The notes under the pieces were generated by a model. It was given only the letters and a program-made list of their open reading frames with translations, was not told the origin of the DNA and searched no databases. Of a DNA stretch of 64,000 bases, positions 20,038-31,962 are shown one piece after another (positions within the stretch are counted from its first letter, which is position 1; each line of letters opens with the position of its first letter). Both the position numbers and the translations under genes were made by a program. Location: the NCBI RefSeq assembly GCF_036507355.1, contig NZ_AP027877.1; one strand, 5' to 3'. The stretch is from Escherichia coli (GTDB lineage Bacteria > Pseudomonadota > Gammaproteobacteria > Enterobacterales > Enterobacteriaceae).

Positions 20038-21999
20038 TTACCCTTTTCGCTTCGGCAATGTTTTCAGCAGCTCATCCGGACTTACGGATGCCACTACGCT
20101 TCCCGGTAAAGGCATTTTCAGTATGTGATTTTTGATTTTGCCAATGACGTGCATCTCGCATGGGCGGCAATCAAACTTTAGCGTTAATACTTCATCGCCG
20201 TTAACCAGTTGCATTGGCGTAGCCTTCCAGCTTTTGATATTGCCTTTCGCCTGTTTCGGGCACAAATTAAAGGCAAAGCGCAGACAATGCTTGGTGATCA
20301 TCACCGGGACTTCGCCTTTCTCTTCATGTGCCTCATACGCCGCGTCAATCAGCTGCACACCATAGCGATGATAAAATTCACGCGCTTTCTGGTTGTAAAC
20401 GTTCGCGAGGAAACTCAGATGCGTTTGCGGATAAACCGGCGCAGGATCAGCAACCGGTTTACGGCTGCCGCGCTGGTAACTGGCAAGACGTGCAGCATCC
20501 AGCATGTCGGCGGCTTCGCGGCGGAACTGGTTTAACAGACTGTTTGGTACAAACAGCGCACCCGGCAAATTAATTTGCACATCGCGGGCGTAATAGATGG
20601 TTTGACCCAGTTTTGCCAGACCATCCTTTAGATTGTTCATTGCTTTTTCGGCGTTATTGGCTTCGTCGAACTGCCCGTCCAGCGTATGCGTGATGCTGAC
20701 ACCCTCTTCACTGGTGAGGGTCAGAATCAGTTGTTCCTGCCAGCCGCCCAGTTCAATGTCTACCGCCACCCGACGTTCGCTGGAGGTTTTTGTCAGTGCC
20801 TGCTGCCAGTTATGATCAAGATTACGGTTTAGTGGGTGATGCGGGCGAATTTTGTGCAAATCTGCTGGCATTTCATTGGGCCAGACGCGGTACTGATTTT
20901 CTCCGGTTTTCTCGACCGTATTGGCACGAAAACCGACGACTTCACGTTTAATCAACACGTTCAGGCCATCGCCATTTGCCAGTGGATCGGTAACGGCAAC
21001 ATCGAGATGATCTTTCGCCACTTTCAATACTTCGCCTACCGGCAGGCCGATAAATTTCGGCGAATCGAACGCGCCAATATCGCCTTTACGGGCATTCACA
21101 AAATAATCTGTGCTACCACGGTGGAAAGTCTTTTCCGTCGATGGAACAAAGAAATGTTCAGTACGACCTGATGAAGCGCGCGCCAGATCGCCACGTTCTT
21201 CAATAATGGCATCCAGCATCTGGCGATAATGGGCGGTGATATTCTTCACGTAGCTCATATCTTTGTAACGCCCTTCAATCTTGAAGGAGCGTACGCCAGC
21301 ATCAATCAGCGCGCCGAGGTTGGCAGTCTGATCGTTATCTTTCATCGACAGCAGATGTTTTTCATAGGAAACCACCCGCCCCTGATCGTCTTTCAATGTG
21401 TATGGCAAACGGCACGCCTGCGAGCAATCGCCACGGTTGGCGCTACGCCCTGTTTGCGCATGAGAAATGTAGCACTGACCCGAATAGGCCACGCACAGTG
21501 CCCCATGAATAAAGAATTCAATGGTCGCGTCCGTGGCCTGGTGAATCGCGCGGATCTGCTCAAGATTCAGCTCTCGCGCCAGCACAATCTGCGTGAAGCC
21601 AACATCAGAGAGGAACTTCGCTTTTTCTACTGTACGAATGTCGCACTGCGTACTGGCGTGCAGTTCAATCGGCGGAATATCAAGTTCCAGAATCCCCATA
21701 TCCTGAACAATCAGCGCATCGACACCGGTCTGGTAGAGGTCAGTAATCAGCCGTTGCGCGGGTTCCAGCTCATCATCATGCAAAATGGTGTTAAGCGTGA
21801 CGAAAATTTTTGCACCATAACGATGGGCAAACGGTACCAGCTCGGCAATATCTTTCAGGCTATTACTGGCATTATGACGGGCACCAAAACCAGGGCCGCC
21901 GATATAAACAGCATCGGCACCGTGCAAAATAGCTTCGCGGGCAATGGCGGCATCGCGTGCCGGGCTTAACAGTTCAAGTCGATGAGAAGATACGGTCAC
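20038..21999 (-). CDS. rlhA: peptidase U32-family protein (23S rRNA 5-hydroxycytidine synthase RlhA / YdcP)
   Basis: ORF 20038-22041 has no in-frame ATG at the N-terminus; GTG at 21999 gives 653 aa VTVSSHRLELLSPARDAAIAREAILHGADAVYIGG...; the 22041 GTG is an alternative start. Confidence 0.8.
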   Translation of the reverse strand: MTVSSHRLELLSPARDAAIAREAILHGADAVYIGGPGFGARHNASNSLKDIAELVPFAHRYGAKIFVTLNTILHDDELEPAQRLITDLYQTGVDALIVQDMGILELDIPPIELHASTQCDIRTVEKAKFLSDVGFTQIVLARELNLEQIRAIHQATDATIEFFIHGALCVAYSGQCYISHAQTGRSANRGDCSQACRLPYTLKDDQGRVVSYEKHLLSMKDNDQTANLGALIDAGVRSFKIEGRYKDMSYVKNITAHYRQMLDAIIEERGDLARASSGRTEHFFVPSTEKTFHRGSTDYFVNARKGDIGAFDSPKFIGLPVGEVLKVAKDHLDVAVTDPLANGDGLNVLIKREVVGFRANTVEKTGENQYRVWPNEMPADLHKIRPHHPLNRNLDHNWQQALTKTSSERRVAVDIELGGWQEQLILTLTSEEGVSITHTLDGQFDEANNAEKAMNNLKDGLAKLGQTIYYARDVQINLPGALFVPNSLLNQFRREAADMLDAARLASYQRGSRKPVADPAPVYPQTHLSFLANVYNQKAREFYHRYGVQLIDAAYEAHEEKGEVPVMITKHCLRFAFNLCPKQAKGNIKSWKATPMQLVNGDEVLTLKFDCRPCEMHVIGKIKNHILKMPLPGSVVASVSPDELLKTLPKRKG

Positions 22000-22071
22000 A
22001 TTCTTATCCAGTAGCTGAAAAATGGCGGCTATTTTAGCCACAAGCGCGACGTTGCGAAATAGTTTTCCCGC

Positions 22072-22608
22072 TTAACTGCGCGGGTAATGGATGAGGGAAT
22101 GAAAATGTACGGTTTGCTCCCCACCATTACGATAGACATGCGTGACGTCTGCAGCAAATCGAGCGCCTTCCCCACAATTAAGGCTCTTCCATTCACCATC
22201 AACGCACAGATCAAGTTGTCCATCAATGACGACGACATGTTCGATTACCCCCTTCTCATGGGGCGTCGATTCGCTTATTGCACCGGGTGCCATCTGAATC
22301 GAGAAGTGTTCAAAGCAGAGTTGTGGATCATAAGGAAACAGCGAAGTGATCACCATCGCCTGCTGTTGTGGATCATAAACTGAAGGCGTAGCGGACTGTG
22401 GCGGAGAAATAAATGTCGAAAATGGCACGTTCAACCCGGTAGCAATTTTCCATAATGTCGCGACCGTCGGGCTGGACTCATTACGCTCAATCTGTCCTAA
22501 CATTGCTTTAGAAACGCCCGTCGCTTCTGCCAGTCGCGAAAGACTCCAGCCGCGCTGCTGACGTAGTTGTTTAAGTGTGGTGGATAAAAAGCGAGCGAGA
22601 TTTTCCAT
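22072..22608 (-). CDS. sutR: XRE-family HTH regulator with cupin domain
   Basis: 178-aa ORF MENLARFLSTTLKQLRQQRGWSLSRLAEATGVSKAMLGQIERNESSP... Confidence 0.8.
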   Translation of the reverse strand: MENLARFLSTTLKQLRQQRGWSLSRLAEATGVSKAMLGQIERNESSPTVATLWKIATGLNVPFSTFISPPQSATPSVYDPQQQAMVITSLFPYDPQLCFEHFSIQMAPGAISESTPHEKGVIEHVVVIDGQLDLCVDGEWKSLNCGEGARFAADVTHVYRNGGEQTVHFHSLIHYPRS

Positions 22609-22699
22609 GCGACTCCTCCGGCAAAACGGAAGTTTATCACTTGTGCGTTATAACGGACAAATGCTACGGTGCCTGTACGCTATAACGCACGAGGTGACT

Positions 22700-23872
22700 A
22701 TGCGTCTGTTTTCTATTCCTCCACCCACGCTACTGGCGGGGTTTCTGGCGGTATTAATTGGCTACGCCAGTTCAGCGGCAATAATCTGGCAAGCAGCGAT
22801 TGTCGCCGGAGCCACCACTGCACAAATCTCTGGCTGGATGACGGCGCTGGGGCTGGCAATGGGCGTCAGTACGCTGACTCTGACATTATGGTATCGCGTA
22901 CCTGTTCTCACCGCATGGTCAACGCCTGGCGCGGCTTTGTTGGTCACCGGATTGCAGGGACTAACACTTAACGAAGCCATCGGCGTTTTTATTGTCACCA
23001 ACGCGTTAATAGTCCTCTGCGGCATAACGGGACTCTTTGCTCGTCTGATGCGCATTATTCCGCACTCGCTTGCGGCGGCAATGCTTGCCGGGATTTTATT
23101 ACGCTTTGGTTTACAGGCGTTTGCCAGTCTGGACGGTCAATTTACGTTGTGTGGAAGTATGTTGCTGGTATGGCTGGCAACCAAGGCCGTTGCGCCGCGC
23201 TATGCGGTAATTGCCGCGATGATTATTGGGATCGTGATCGTTATCGCGCAAGGTGACGTTGTCACAACTGATGTTGTCTTTAAACCCGTTCTCCCCTCTT
23301 ATATTACCCCTGATTTTTCGTTTGCTCACAGCCTGAGCGTTGCACTCCCCCTTTTTCTGGTGACGATGGCATCGCAAAACGCACCGGGTATCGCAGCAAT
23401 GAAAGCAGCCGGATATTCAGCTCCTGTTTCACCATTAATTGTATTTACTGGATTGCTGGCACTGGTTTTTTCCCCTTTCGGCGTTTATTCCGTCGGTATT
23501 GCGGCAATCACCGCGGCTATTTGCCAAAGCCCGGAAGCGCATCCGGATAAAGATCAACGTTGGCTGGCAGCTGCCGTTGCAGGCATTTTCTATTTGCTCG
23601 CAGGTCTGTTTGGTAGTGCCATTACCGGGATGATGGCTGCCCTGCCCGTAAGTTGGATCCAGATGCTGGCAGGTCTGGCGCTGTTAAGTACCATTGGCGG
23701 CAGTTTGTATCAGGCGCTGCATAATGAGCGTGAGCGCGACGCGGCGGTGGTGGCATTTCTGGTAACGGCAAGTGGATTGACGCTGGTCGGGATTGGTTCT
23801 GCGTTTTGGGGATTAATTGCCGGAGGTGTTTGTTACGTGGTGTTGAATTTAATCGCTGACAGAAACCGATAA
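22700..23872 (+). CDS. ydcO: BenE-family membrane transporter
   Basis: ORF 22577-23872; ATG at 22700 (MRLFSIPPPTLLAGF...) with GAGGTGA upstream; polytopic membrane protein. Confidence 0.8.
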   Translation: MRLFSIPPPTLLAGFLAVLIGYASSAAIIWQAAIVAGATTAQISGWMTALGLAMGVSTLTLTLWYRVPVLTAWSTPGAALLVTGLQGLTLNEAIGVFIVTNALIVLCGITGLFARLMRIIPHSLAAAMLAGILLRFGLQAFASLDGQFTLCGSMLLVWLATKAVAPRYAVIAAMIIGIVIVIAQGDVVTTDVVFKPVLPSYITPDFSFAHSLSVALPLFLVTMASQNAPGIAAMKAAGYSAPVSPLIVFTGLLALVFSPFGVYSVGIAAITAAICQSPEAHPDKDQRWLAAAVAGIFYLLAGLFGSAITGMMAALPVSWIQMLAGLALLSTIGGSLYQALHNERERDAAVVAFLVTASGLTLVGIGSAFWGLIAGGVCYVVLNLIADRNR

Positions 23873-23875
23873 TAA

Positions 23876-23905
23876 AAAGCGCCATCTAACGATGGCGCGT
23901 CTGGA
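23876..23905. terminator. stem-loop gcgccatc/gatggcgc between convergent ydcO and ydcL, T-tract after
   Basis: Inverted repeat read directly. Confidence 0.55.
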
Positions 23906-23906
23906 A

Positions 23907-24575
23907 CTACTTTTTGTTAACGTCAAACATGGTGGCATCGGTCGCCATGTCATCAATAACTTGTTTAATATTTTCGAAAGCCATTGGCGTACTTTCGTTA
24001 TTCAGGTCTTTACCTTCGCCCTGACGAACGACTTTGATAACCGGTTTATTAGTCGCTGCATCAATCAGCTCACCTTCAAAATACAAGCGAGTATCCATGG
24101 TACGGTGGCCTGTAGCCATTTGCGTCCCCGCAACCACTAATGCAACAGGAACCACTTCATAGAATTGCAGCCCTTCTTTGCTGGTATCTACACCGGTAAT
24201 GGCCCCACGGAAAATCAGACTACGCGGCCCCGCGGTGGTAACCAGTGGTTTACGCTGCGCTATCGCTTCTTTCATTTCGGTGTTGGTATAGTTCAAAATT
24301 TTATCCAGAACTTTCTGCCCTACCTGGGTCGAAGGTTTCGGTACCGGATAATAAGTGATTGGGTTCCAGACGATGCTGTCATATTTGCTTTGATCAAAAC
24401 TCGGGTCTACCCAACGTAAAACCGGTTTACCTGTAGCCGAGGTTGTTTCTTTTAAATCAGAGTAATTGTTTAAAAAACCAGAATATTTATCTGGCTGGGT
24501 GATTTTAGAGGCACAACCAGACAGAGCCAACAAGCCGCATAAAGCTGCAACTTTCGCAAATGATGTGGTACGCAT
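23907..24575 (-). CDS. ydcL: lipoprotein (DUF3313)
   Basis: 222-aa ORF with lipobox LLALSGC. Confidence 0.8.
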   Translation of the reverse strand: MRTTSFAKVAALCGLLALSGCASKITQPDKYSGFLNNYSDLKETTSATGKPVLRWVDPSFDQSKYDSIVWNPITYYPVPKPSTQVGQKVLDKILNYTNTEMKEAIAQRKPLVTTAGPRSLIFRGAITGVDTSKEGLQFYEVVPVALVVAGTQMATGHRTMDTRLYFEGELIDAATNKPVIKVVRQGEGKDLNNESTPMAFENIKQVIDDMATDATMFDVNKK

Positions 24576-24878
24576 GAATAGTTTCCTGAGATGATTATAT
24601 TACTTTTTAAGTTATAGCAAAAAGCGCCGCTTCGTGTTGTGGCAAAAAAAGTGTTGGTGAAAATAAATTTTTTTAGCCCCTTTTCAGACGACATAGTCAA
24701 TGCCGAAAAAGGGGCTAAGTCAATCATCAGTAGTTAAATTTCAGTAAGTTAAGCTGCTAAAAAACTTCGACTACCGTGATTAATTTCACATCCCTTCGAT
24801 AAAAAATATGCTTACCGAAAAGAAGGACAGTAAACCATCTCAGCGTGGGGAATTTTCACGCGCTTTGTTCTTACCGGG

Positions 24879-25472
24879 TCATTTTTTACGTGCCAGCATC
24901 GTGGCGAAACGCAGTTTAATACGATTACCGTTGGCGTCGGTGCGGTGCAGCTCGCCGACGTCTTCATTGTATTTCACCATCTCCCAGCCTTCGTAATATC
25001 GACGTAATTCTCTCTCTTTGAAGGCAAACGGGAAGCCGACGGTACATGGATAATCAGCGGTATCCATCGCCGCCACAATCAGGTTGTAACCGCCAGGTTT
25101 CGTGCAACGTTGCATATTGGCAATCAGCCCTGGGATGGTTTTAGCCTCAAGGAACATCAGCACCACAGTCGAAAGAATAAAATCGTACTGTCCAGCAAAT
25201 GTGAGGTTATTCAGATCAACGACCCGAGTGTGTAAATTATCCAGATTTTCAATAGATTTAATGCGCTCGACGTTGGCGATACTCATGGCATTTTTATCCC
25301 ATGCGTCAACATCATAACCATTGGCTGCCAGGTAAAGACTGTTACGACCATTGCCACAGCCCAGATCCAGCGTTTTACCCGGTTTAACCACTTTCACCGC
25401 TTCCAGTACTTCAGAGTGTGTGCGGGTTAATTCATATTTATCAGTAAAATAGTTTTCGTCACGAATGATCAT
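24879..25472 (-). CDS. tehB: SAM-dependent methyltransferase (tellurite resistance TehB)
   Basis: 197 aa; SAM-binding motif [10 protein letters not shown]. Confidence 0.9.
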
Positions 25473-26461
25473 TCTTTGTCCTCTGCTTTCATTAAAACGG
25501 CGCGCTCGGTTCTGACTAACAATTTTCCCTGCATCAGAAGTGCAAAAGTACGGATGAGCAGTATTGCAATAATAAAATTGGTAAAGATAAACAGCGGCAC
25601 CGCCAGCGTATGGAAAAATCCATTATCGCTGCCACTCCCCAGATGCAAACCGGTGGTTGCCAGTGCAGATACGCCGAACGAGAAACTCCAGAATGAAGCA
25701 TTAAATGGCTGGGAGAGATACCATGGCATCAGACGTAGCATAAACAGCAGTTGCAGCAGTCCATAACCGAAAAGCATTTTCGCCAGCGTGTCACCCTCGC
25801 CGCCGTTGACGCTCAGCCAGGCACTACAGGCCACCAGCGCAGGAGCGAGCTGAATGCCGAGTGATGTCCGCAGTGCCGTGGGTAATTCTCCCGAACTGCG
25901 CAGACGCTGCAAGATCACCGGTTCAAGGCTTAGCCATGAGAAAACGCCTGCGCCTAAAAACACCAGACCGGCGTCGGTGTAGCCCAACGCACCACAGGCC
26001 ATTGCGCTGATAAAGTTGTTGGCAACTGTCGGCAGATACAGTCCAGGCGTGGTAGCTTCTTCAGGGTGAGATCCGCGCCATAATCCCGCAGTTTGCCAGG
26101 CGGCATAAGCCAACTGAACCACGACACCAAAACTGAACAGGCACACCGCCAGTGGGCGAAACCACGGAACAAAACCAATCGCCACCAGCATCGTCGTTGC
26201 CGGAAACAAACTCACAAAACTGCTCAGCACTGGATGGCGAACTTCCGCCAGCACGCTATGCGGAAAGCGTATGAGTCGGGCAATAAATGCGCTAGTCAAT
26301 AATCCCCAGATGATCATCGCCAGAATCACCAGCCCATCCCCTAACCAGTGGCTGACCTGCCAAACCTGGCTGGCATAGCGCCAGGCAAATCCCATCCCTA
26401 TCGTCCCCAACACAATACCAAAGTAGCCTGCCGGCAAATTGAGCACTTTATCGCTCTGCAT
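25469..26461 (-). CDS. tehA: TDT-family membrane transporter (tellurite resistance TehA)
   Basis: ORF 25469-26569; ATG at 26461 ([15 protein letters not shown]...) gives 330 aa; 4-nt overlap with tehB. Confidence 0.85.
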
Positions 26462-26584
26462 CTTCTTACTCATTTTGTTTAATTTATAAAGTATATTTGA
26501 AATGCATTTTATGGAATTTTCTCGAGCATAGCCAGAGCCGCAGAATTTGCTACGGTTATAGTAAGTCACCTGTGGGAAAACGCT

Positions 26585-27565
26585 ATGCGCAAATATCGTC
26601 TAAGTGAAGAACAGCGAGCCTTTAGTTATCAGGAAGATGGCACTAAAAAAAATGTGTTATTACGGCAGATTATCGCCATTAGCGATTTTAACGATGTGAT
26701 AGCAGGAACCGCTGGCGGCTGGATCGATCGCGAAACGGTGTTAGCACAGGAAGGAAATTGCTGGATTTACGACCAGAATGCTATTGCGTTCGGCGGAGCG
26801 GTGATTTCCGGTAATACGCGCATCACCGGCACCAGCGTGCTGTGGGGAGAGGTTTACGCAACGGATAATGTCTGGATCGATAATAGTGAAATCAGCCAGG
26901 GTGCATATATAAGTGACAGCGTCACCATTCATGAATCACTGGTTTGCGGGCAATGTAGAATATTTGGTCACGCCTTAATTAATCAACATTCTATGATCGT
27001 CGCCGCACAAGGCTTAACGCCCGACCATCAACTCCTGCTACAAATTTATGATCGCGCAAGGGTTAGCGCCTCGCGTATTGTTCACCAGGCACAAATTTAT
27101 GGCGATGCCGTCGTCCGGTATGCTTTTATTGAACATCGCGCCGAAGTTTTTGATTTTGCCAGTGTTGAAGGTAATGAAGAGAACAACGTCTGGCTATGCG
27201 ATTGCGCTAAAGTTTACGGTCACGCGCAGGTTAAAGCTGGCATAGAAGAAGATGCCATTCCGACGATTCATTACAGTTCACAGGTGGCGGAATATGCCAT
27301 TGTGGAAGGTAATTGTGTGTTAAAACATCATGTTTTGATTGGCGGAAATGCCGTGGTACGTGGCGGACCGATTCTGCTCGACGAGCACGTTGTAATACAA
27401 GGTGAGAGCCGTATTACAGGTGCGGTGATAATTGAAAACCATGTGGAGTTAACCGACCACGCCGTCGTTGAAGCCTTTGATGGCGACACGGTTCATGTCC
27501 GTGGTCCAAAAGTCATTAACGGCGAGGAGCGCATTACGCGAACGCCGCTGGCAGGGTTATTGTGA
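26585..27565 (+). CDS. ydcK: hexapeptide-repeat (left-handed beta-helix) protein
   Basis: 326-aa ORF with repeated imperfect hexapeptide units. Confidence 0.8.
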
Positions 27566-28096
27566 ATCGATAATACGCGCGTATAAGTTCACATCATCAT
27601 AGGCATCATTCAGGAACTCAGCCTGTTTCAGGCAACCTTCAAGGATAAAACCATTGCGCAAAGCGACCTGGTTGCTTTGCGGATTGTCCACCCGACATTT
27701 GATCACGAAGCGTCTAAGTTCACCAGACTGGGCGTAATGATGAATCAGTGCCTGCAGCGCCTGAGAAATGATCCCCTGCCCCTGATGAGATTCGTCCAGC
27801 CAGTAGCCGATTTCAGCGGTTTTATTCAGTGGTTCAATACGATTAAACGAGATAACGCCGATAAGTTCATCTTCTTTGAAAATCATGAACATTTTGGCAT
27901 AGCCGCGTTGATGCAACATCACATTACCCTGCACCGTTTTTCGCGTGTCCTCTTCAATCTGAACGAACTGCGGCCAGTTTAGCGACTGCTGTAACCAGGT
28001 TTTATTTTTACAGATTAACTGATAAAGAGGAGTGACGTGATTTTCTGCAACAGCATGTAATTCAAGTGATTCGCTTACTTTTATCGTTTCAGTCAT
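27557..28096 (-). CDS. rimL: GNAT acetyltransferase (ribosomal protein L7/L12 serine acetyltransferase)
   Basis: ORF 27557-28111; ATG at 28096 ([16 protein letters not shown]...) gives 179 aa. Confidence 0.85.
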   Translation of the reverse strand: MTETIKVSESLELHAVAENHVTPLYQLICKNKTWLQQSLNWPQFVQIEEDTRKTVQGNVMLHQRGYAKMFMIFKEDELIGVISFNRIEPLNKTAEIGYWLDESHQGQGIISQALQALIHHYAQSGELRRFVIKCRVDNPQSNQVALRNGFILEGCLKQAEFLNDAYDDVNLYARIIDSQ

Positions 28097-28125
28097 CTTA
28101 TCTCCAGTCAATCCATGCAGTTGTT

Positions 28126-28150
28126 AAAAAAGCCGCCTGGCTGGCGGCTT
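28126..28150 (-). terminator. stem-loop agccgcc/ggcggct followed by U-tract on the minus strand (ydcH terminator)
   Basis: Read directly; A-run 28126-28130 on + strand equals U-run after hairpin in the minus transcript. Confidence 0.6.
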
Positions 28151-28158
28151 AGGAAAGT

Positions 28159-28383
28159 TTACACCTCTTTGACGCTCTCATGCTGCAGGATTTTGAGCAT
28201 CTCATCTTTTAACTGTAGCTTTTGTTTTTTCATGCGGACCACTTCCGCATTGTACCCTCGACCGTCGGAACCTTCCTTTCTGGCAATTTCATGATCAAGT
28301 TTATTGTGTTTATCGAACAAGGACATAAAGCGAGGATTTTCGTTTTTCAGACGGGATATTAAATCTCGGTATTCTGGAAACAT
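28159..28383 (-). CDS. ydcH: small protein (DUF465)
   Basis: ATG at 28383 (MFPEYRDLISRLKNENPRF...), 74 aa. Confidence 0.75.
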   Translation of the reverse strand: MFPEYRDLISRLKNENPRFMSLFDKHNKLDHEIARKEGSDGRGYNAEVVRMKKQKLQLKDEMLKILQHESVKEV

Positions 28384-28522
28384 ACGCACTCCCTGTTAGT
28401 GGCTGACAAGGTGTATCTGAAATACACACCATCAGATTACTCATTTAACTTAGGGAAAAATGCGAGCGGGATCGTGTTTAACCAGACGGCACCTCCCGAA
28501 GAAGGTGCCGAAGAAAAAACGA

Positions 28523-30178
28523 TTAACTCATCACGCGGTCGTCAACATACTGACGTTTATCCGGCGCTGGCGGGAAATACTGATACAGCCATGTTTCACT
28601 GATAGCGTCACCCTGACAACGCAGATACATCCGCATATCGACCGGATCAGTGGAGTCCGAAGTCGGATACCAGTCAAACTGAATACGATAACCATCAATG
28701 GGTTCAATATAGAGAATTTCGATTTGCTTCGCTTCCCCACTGGAAAGCGTAATCACCGGCTCAATGCCTTTTGGTGCGGCAGCTTTCAGATCACCACCAA
28801 CGAAATCGACGGCAAAACGACGCGCCCATTTTTCGGGATAGTGTTCACCTGGTGCCCAACCTTCCGGGAAACCGCCCATGCCGGTACGCGTCGCCATAAC
28901 GCGCGCTAATGGGCAATGAACAGGCGGTTGCGCACTCCAGTACAGACGATACTGGAATGCAAACTCATCACCCGCCTTTACAGCTTTTTCTGGCTGCCAG
29001 AAGCAGACAATGTTATCCAGCGTTTCGCCCGTTGTTGGGATTTCCATCAGGCCGATAGTGCCCTTACCCCACTTGTTACGCGGTTCCACCCACAGACTTG
29101 GGCGTTTGTTATACCAGCCCATAATGTCCTGATAATGGGAGAAATCACGATCCAGCTGCAATAAACCAAACCCTTTCGGGTTGTTGTCGGTGTAAGCATT
29201 GAACTGCAATTTTTGCGGATTATTCAGCGGACGGCAAATCCACTCGCCGTTGCCCCGCCACATGGACAGACGATCAGAGTCATGAATTTGCGGATGAATG
29301 GTGTCGCACATCCGACGTTCATTAGTACCGCAGCTGAACATACTGGTCATCGGCGCAATGCCCAGCTGTTTAATGTCTTTGCGCGCATACAGGTGATTTT
29401 CCACATCCATAATCACCTGACTTTTCTCACAATGGATAGTGAACTTATAGGCACCAGTAATGCTGGCGCTATCGAGCAACGCATAAACGGTAAAGGTAGT
29501 TGCCCCCGGTTTTACCGTATCAAACCAGAAGGCGGTAAAGTCGGGGAACTCTTCTTTACTGTCGGTGTAAGTGTCAATCGCCAGGCCGCGGGCCGACAAA
29601 CCGTATTGATATGTGTCATCAACGGCGCGGAAATAACTCGCTCCGAGGAATGATACTACATCACGGCGCGCCAGTTCGGGGGCTTTAAACACGCGAAAAC
29701 CGGCAAAGCCGAGATCGCTTTGCCCTTCTAATTGTTTGGTATCAACACCTGCATCGTTGTATTTGAACAACTCCGGGCGAAAGTGAATTTCACGCGCCAG
29801 ATGTGTTGCTGGATCTACAGAAAACATACGAACGCGGCGACGGAATCCCATTCCCATATGGAAGAACTGAGCGTCCAGTTGACGGTTCTCAACGTTATGC
29901 CAGAGCGATTTTTCGGCGTCGTATTGAATACTGTTATAAGCCTGCGGCGTCATTGTCGCCAGAGTGTCAGGTAACGGACGAGGCGCACCACGCCACGCTG
30001 TTTGCGCTAAGTCATGCGCCATTGACTGTAGAATGGAGAAGTCAAAACGCTGGGTTTGCCCGTCGGCAATATCAGAATCTGCCGCGAATGCCGCCTGAGA
30101 AAAAAGAGAAGCAATGCCGCTGGTACCGCACACGGCGGCCATAGCCATTGAACCTTTAATAAATCGTCTACGATCCAT
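28523..30178 (-). CDS. opgD: periplasmic glucan biosynthesis protein OpgD (MdoD), Tat-secreted
   Basis: 551 aa; twin-arginine signal [16 protein letters not shown]...AFA. Confidence 0.9.
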   Translation of the reverse strand: MDRRRFIKGSMAMAAVCGTSGIASLFSQAAFAADSDIADGQTQRFDFSILQSMAHDLAQTAWRGAPRPLPDTLATMTPQAYNSIQYDAEKSLWHNVENRQLDAQFFHMGMGFRRRVRMFSVDPATHLAREIHFRPELFKYNDAGVDTKQLEGQSDLGFAGFRVFKAPELARRDVVSFLGASYFRAVDDTYQYGLSARGLAIDTYTDSKEEFPDFTAFWFDTVKPGATTFTVYALLDSASITGAYKFTIHCEKSQVIMDVENHLYARKDIKQLGIAPMTSMFSCGTNERRMCDTIHPQIHDSDRLSMWRGNGEWICRPLNNPQKLQFNAYTDNNPKGFGLLQLDRDFSHYQDIMGWYNKRPSLWVEPRNKWGKGTIGLMEIPTTGETLDNIVCFWQPEKAVKAGDEFAFQYRLYWSAQPPVHCPLARVMATRTGMGGFPEGWAPGEHYPEKWARRFAVDFVGGDLKAAAPKGIEPVITLSSGEAKQIEILYIEPIDGYRIQFDWYPTSDSTDPVDMRMYLRCQGDAISETWLYQYFPPAPDKRQYVDDRVMS

Positions 30179-30402
30179 ACCTGAAAGTGAGTCCTTCTGG
30201 TGTTGTGAATGGTCCCGCGCTGGTCGTTTTCAGCGGCAAGAAAGTGCTTATTTATGACCGCTCACTCTAGACAATATTTATTAATAATCCAATTGTTGAA
30301 CTGAGAGAATATGCATAAATCGGCATTTTTTTTATGTCGATGGGATGAGCCTGATTCGTTTGTAAAATCAGGCAAATTTTTGCAAAGGCGGATGGTCAGA
30401 AT

Positions 30403-31746
30403 TTAAAGCAAACCACAGCGACGTTTACTGCGTTCTTCCGCTTCCTGATAAAGCTGGAACTCATCCAAAACCGGACAACCCAACGCCTGCTCAAATGCTT
30501 CGCGACTGGCATTACCGTGGCTGCGTGCCTGCGTTTCATTACCCAGATTTGACTGGAAGATCCCCGCCGCGCTAACGGGCAAGAAATCTTCATAGGTAAT
30601 GGGTTGCGCCGCGACCCAACCACGTTCAATTAAGGGCTGTGGATCGTCTCCGGGATGAATCGCCTGACGATGCGCCTCACCTGAAGGCGTCAGACGGTAC
30701 CGGAACCATGCCAGTCCTTGCTGACGCATTAAAAACTCACTGTCAGGAAAAGTGCGGAAGGTTTCCTGTAAATGCATTTGGTGAGTGAGATTATCCTGCC
30801 CGGTTCCAGCGTTACGCAGAAGATCATCATACAGTTGTCGACCTTTCGGCGTTAATGCCACGCCACGCTGCTCAATTTCACCAAAGCGCGCAGTATGCGT
30901 GCCCTGTTTCTGCCCCGCAAACAACACCGTCTCTTCCAGTGCTTTAAAGCTGGTCTGGCGTAGTAAAATCGGTACCTCGCGGCGCGGCGGCCCTTCGATC
31001 AGAATTTTTGGTTCAATCCCGCATTCAGGCATCATCGACTGCACCCGGTCAATATCCAGCGTACGTGGCGTCAGGTGGTTGATATGGCATCCAGGGAAAC
31101 AGACCACATCAGCAATCAACCGATGTTCGTTGTGCAAGGCGCGATAGGTTTCTTCATCTACCGTTGCTGACTGGTGCCAACGGAACGTTTCCAGGGCCTC
31201 CTGCACAAACTCCTGTGCCTGTGTTTCGTTAAAACCGCCCCGCTGGTCATACTCCTCTAACAGTTGTCGACAACGTGGGGTGAAGATATCGCGCTGACGC
31301 AGAATCTCCGCCGCTTTCTGGCGCAAAATTTCGTTCTCGATAAGCTCAAGGCGGAGTAATGAAGTAAAAACGCGGAAGGGATTACGCGCCAGAGAAGCAT
31401 CATCAATGGGCCGAAATGCTGTGGAATGTACCGGCACCCCTGCCTGCGAGAGATCGTAATAGCTCACCGGGTACATCCCCATAATGGCAAACATCCGCCG
31501 AAGAGTAGCAAGCTCTTGTGCAGTCCCAACGCGAATCGCCCCATGACGTTCAACATTCAGTCGCGCCAGCTCGTCTGCATTTACCATTTTTTCGTGCAGT
31601 TGAGGATTGTTTTCCAGCACAGCCAGATTCACATCAGCTACCAGTTCCAGCAGCGTGCCGTACTGCGGAACTTCTTGCTGGTACATGGCTGACATTGCCT
31701 GCGAAAACTGTTCCCGAATCTCATCCGCCGTGATGCTGTTCGCCAT
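30403..31746 (-). CDS. ydcJ: DUF1338-family metalloenzyme-like protein
   Basis: 447-aa ORF MANSITADEIREQFSQAMSAMYQQEVPQYG... Confidence 0.8.
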   Translation of the reverse strand: MANSITADEIREQFSQAMSAMYQQEVPQYGTLLELVADVNLAVLENNPQLHEKMVNADELARLNVERHGAIRVGTAQELATLRRMFAIMGMYPVSYYDLSQAGVPVHSTAFRPIDDASLARNPFRVFTSLLRLELIENEILRQKAAEILRQRDIFTPRCRQLLEEYDQRGGFNETQAQEFVQEALETFRWHQSATVDEETYRALHNEHRLIADVVCFPGCHINHLTPRTLDIDRVQSMMPECGIEPKILIEGPPRREVPILLRQTSFKALEETVLFAGQKQGTHTARFGEIEQRGVALTPKGRQLYDDLLRNAGTGQDNLTHQMHLQETFRTFPDSEFLMRQQGLAWFRYRLTPSGEAHRQAIHPGDDPQPLIERGWVAAQPITYEDFLPVSAAGIFQSNLGNETQARSHGNASREAFEQALGCPVLDEFQLYQEAEERSKRRCGLL

Positions 31747-31962
31747 AGTGTCTGCCTCCAGTGGTCAGTAATCTGGAGTGTAGGTAACCGCATTCACTCT
31801 GGCGGGAAGAATTTACAAACTGTGATCTCGCCGCGAAAACATCAATATTATCCATTTTGCTGTAACATAATTGCTTTAATTGTTAATAATATTTTGCAAT
31901 CAAGTTATCATAATCAAACAACTTCACTTGTCAGCGACACCGCTTCGTTTTTAACATCGCTT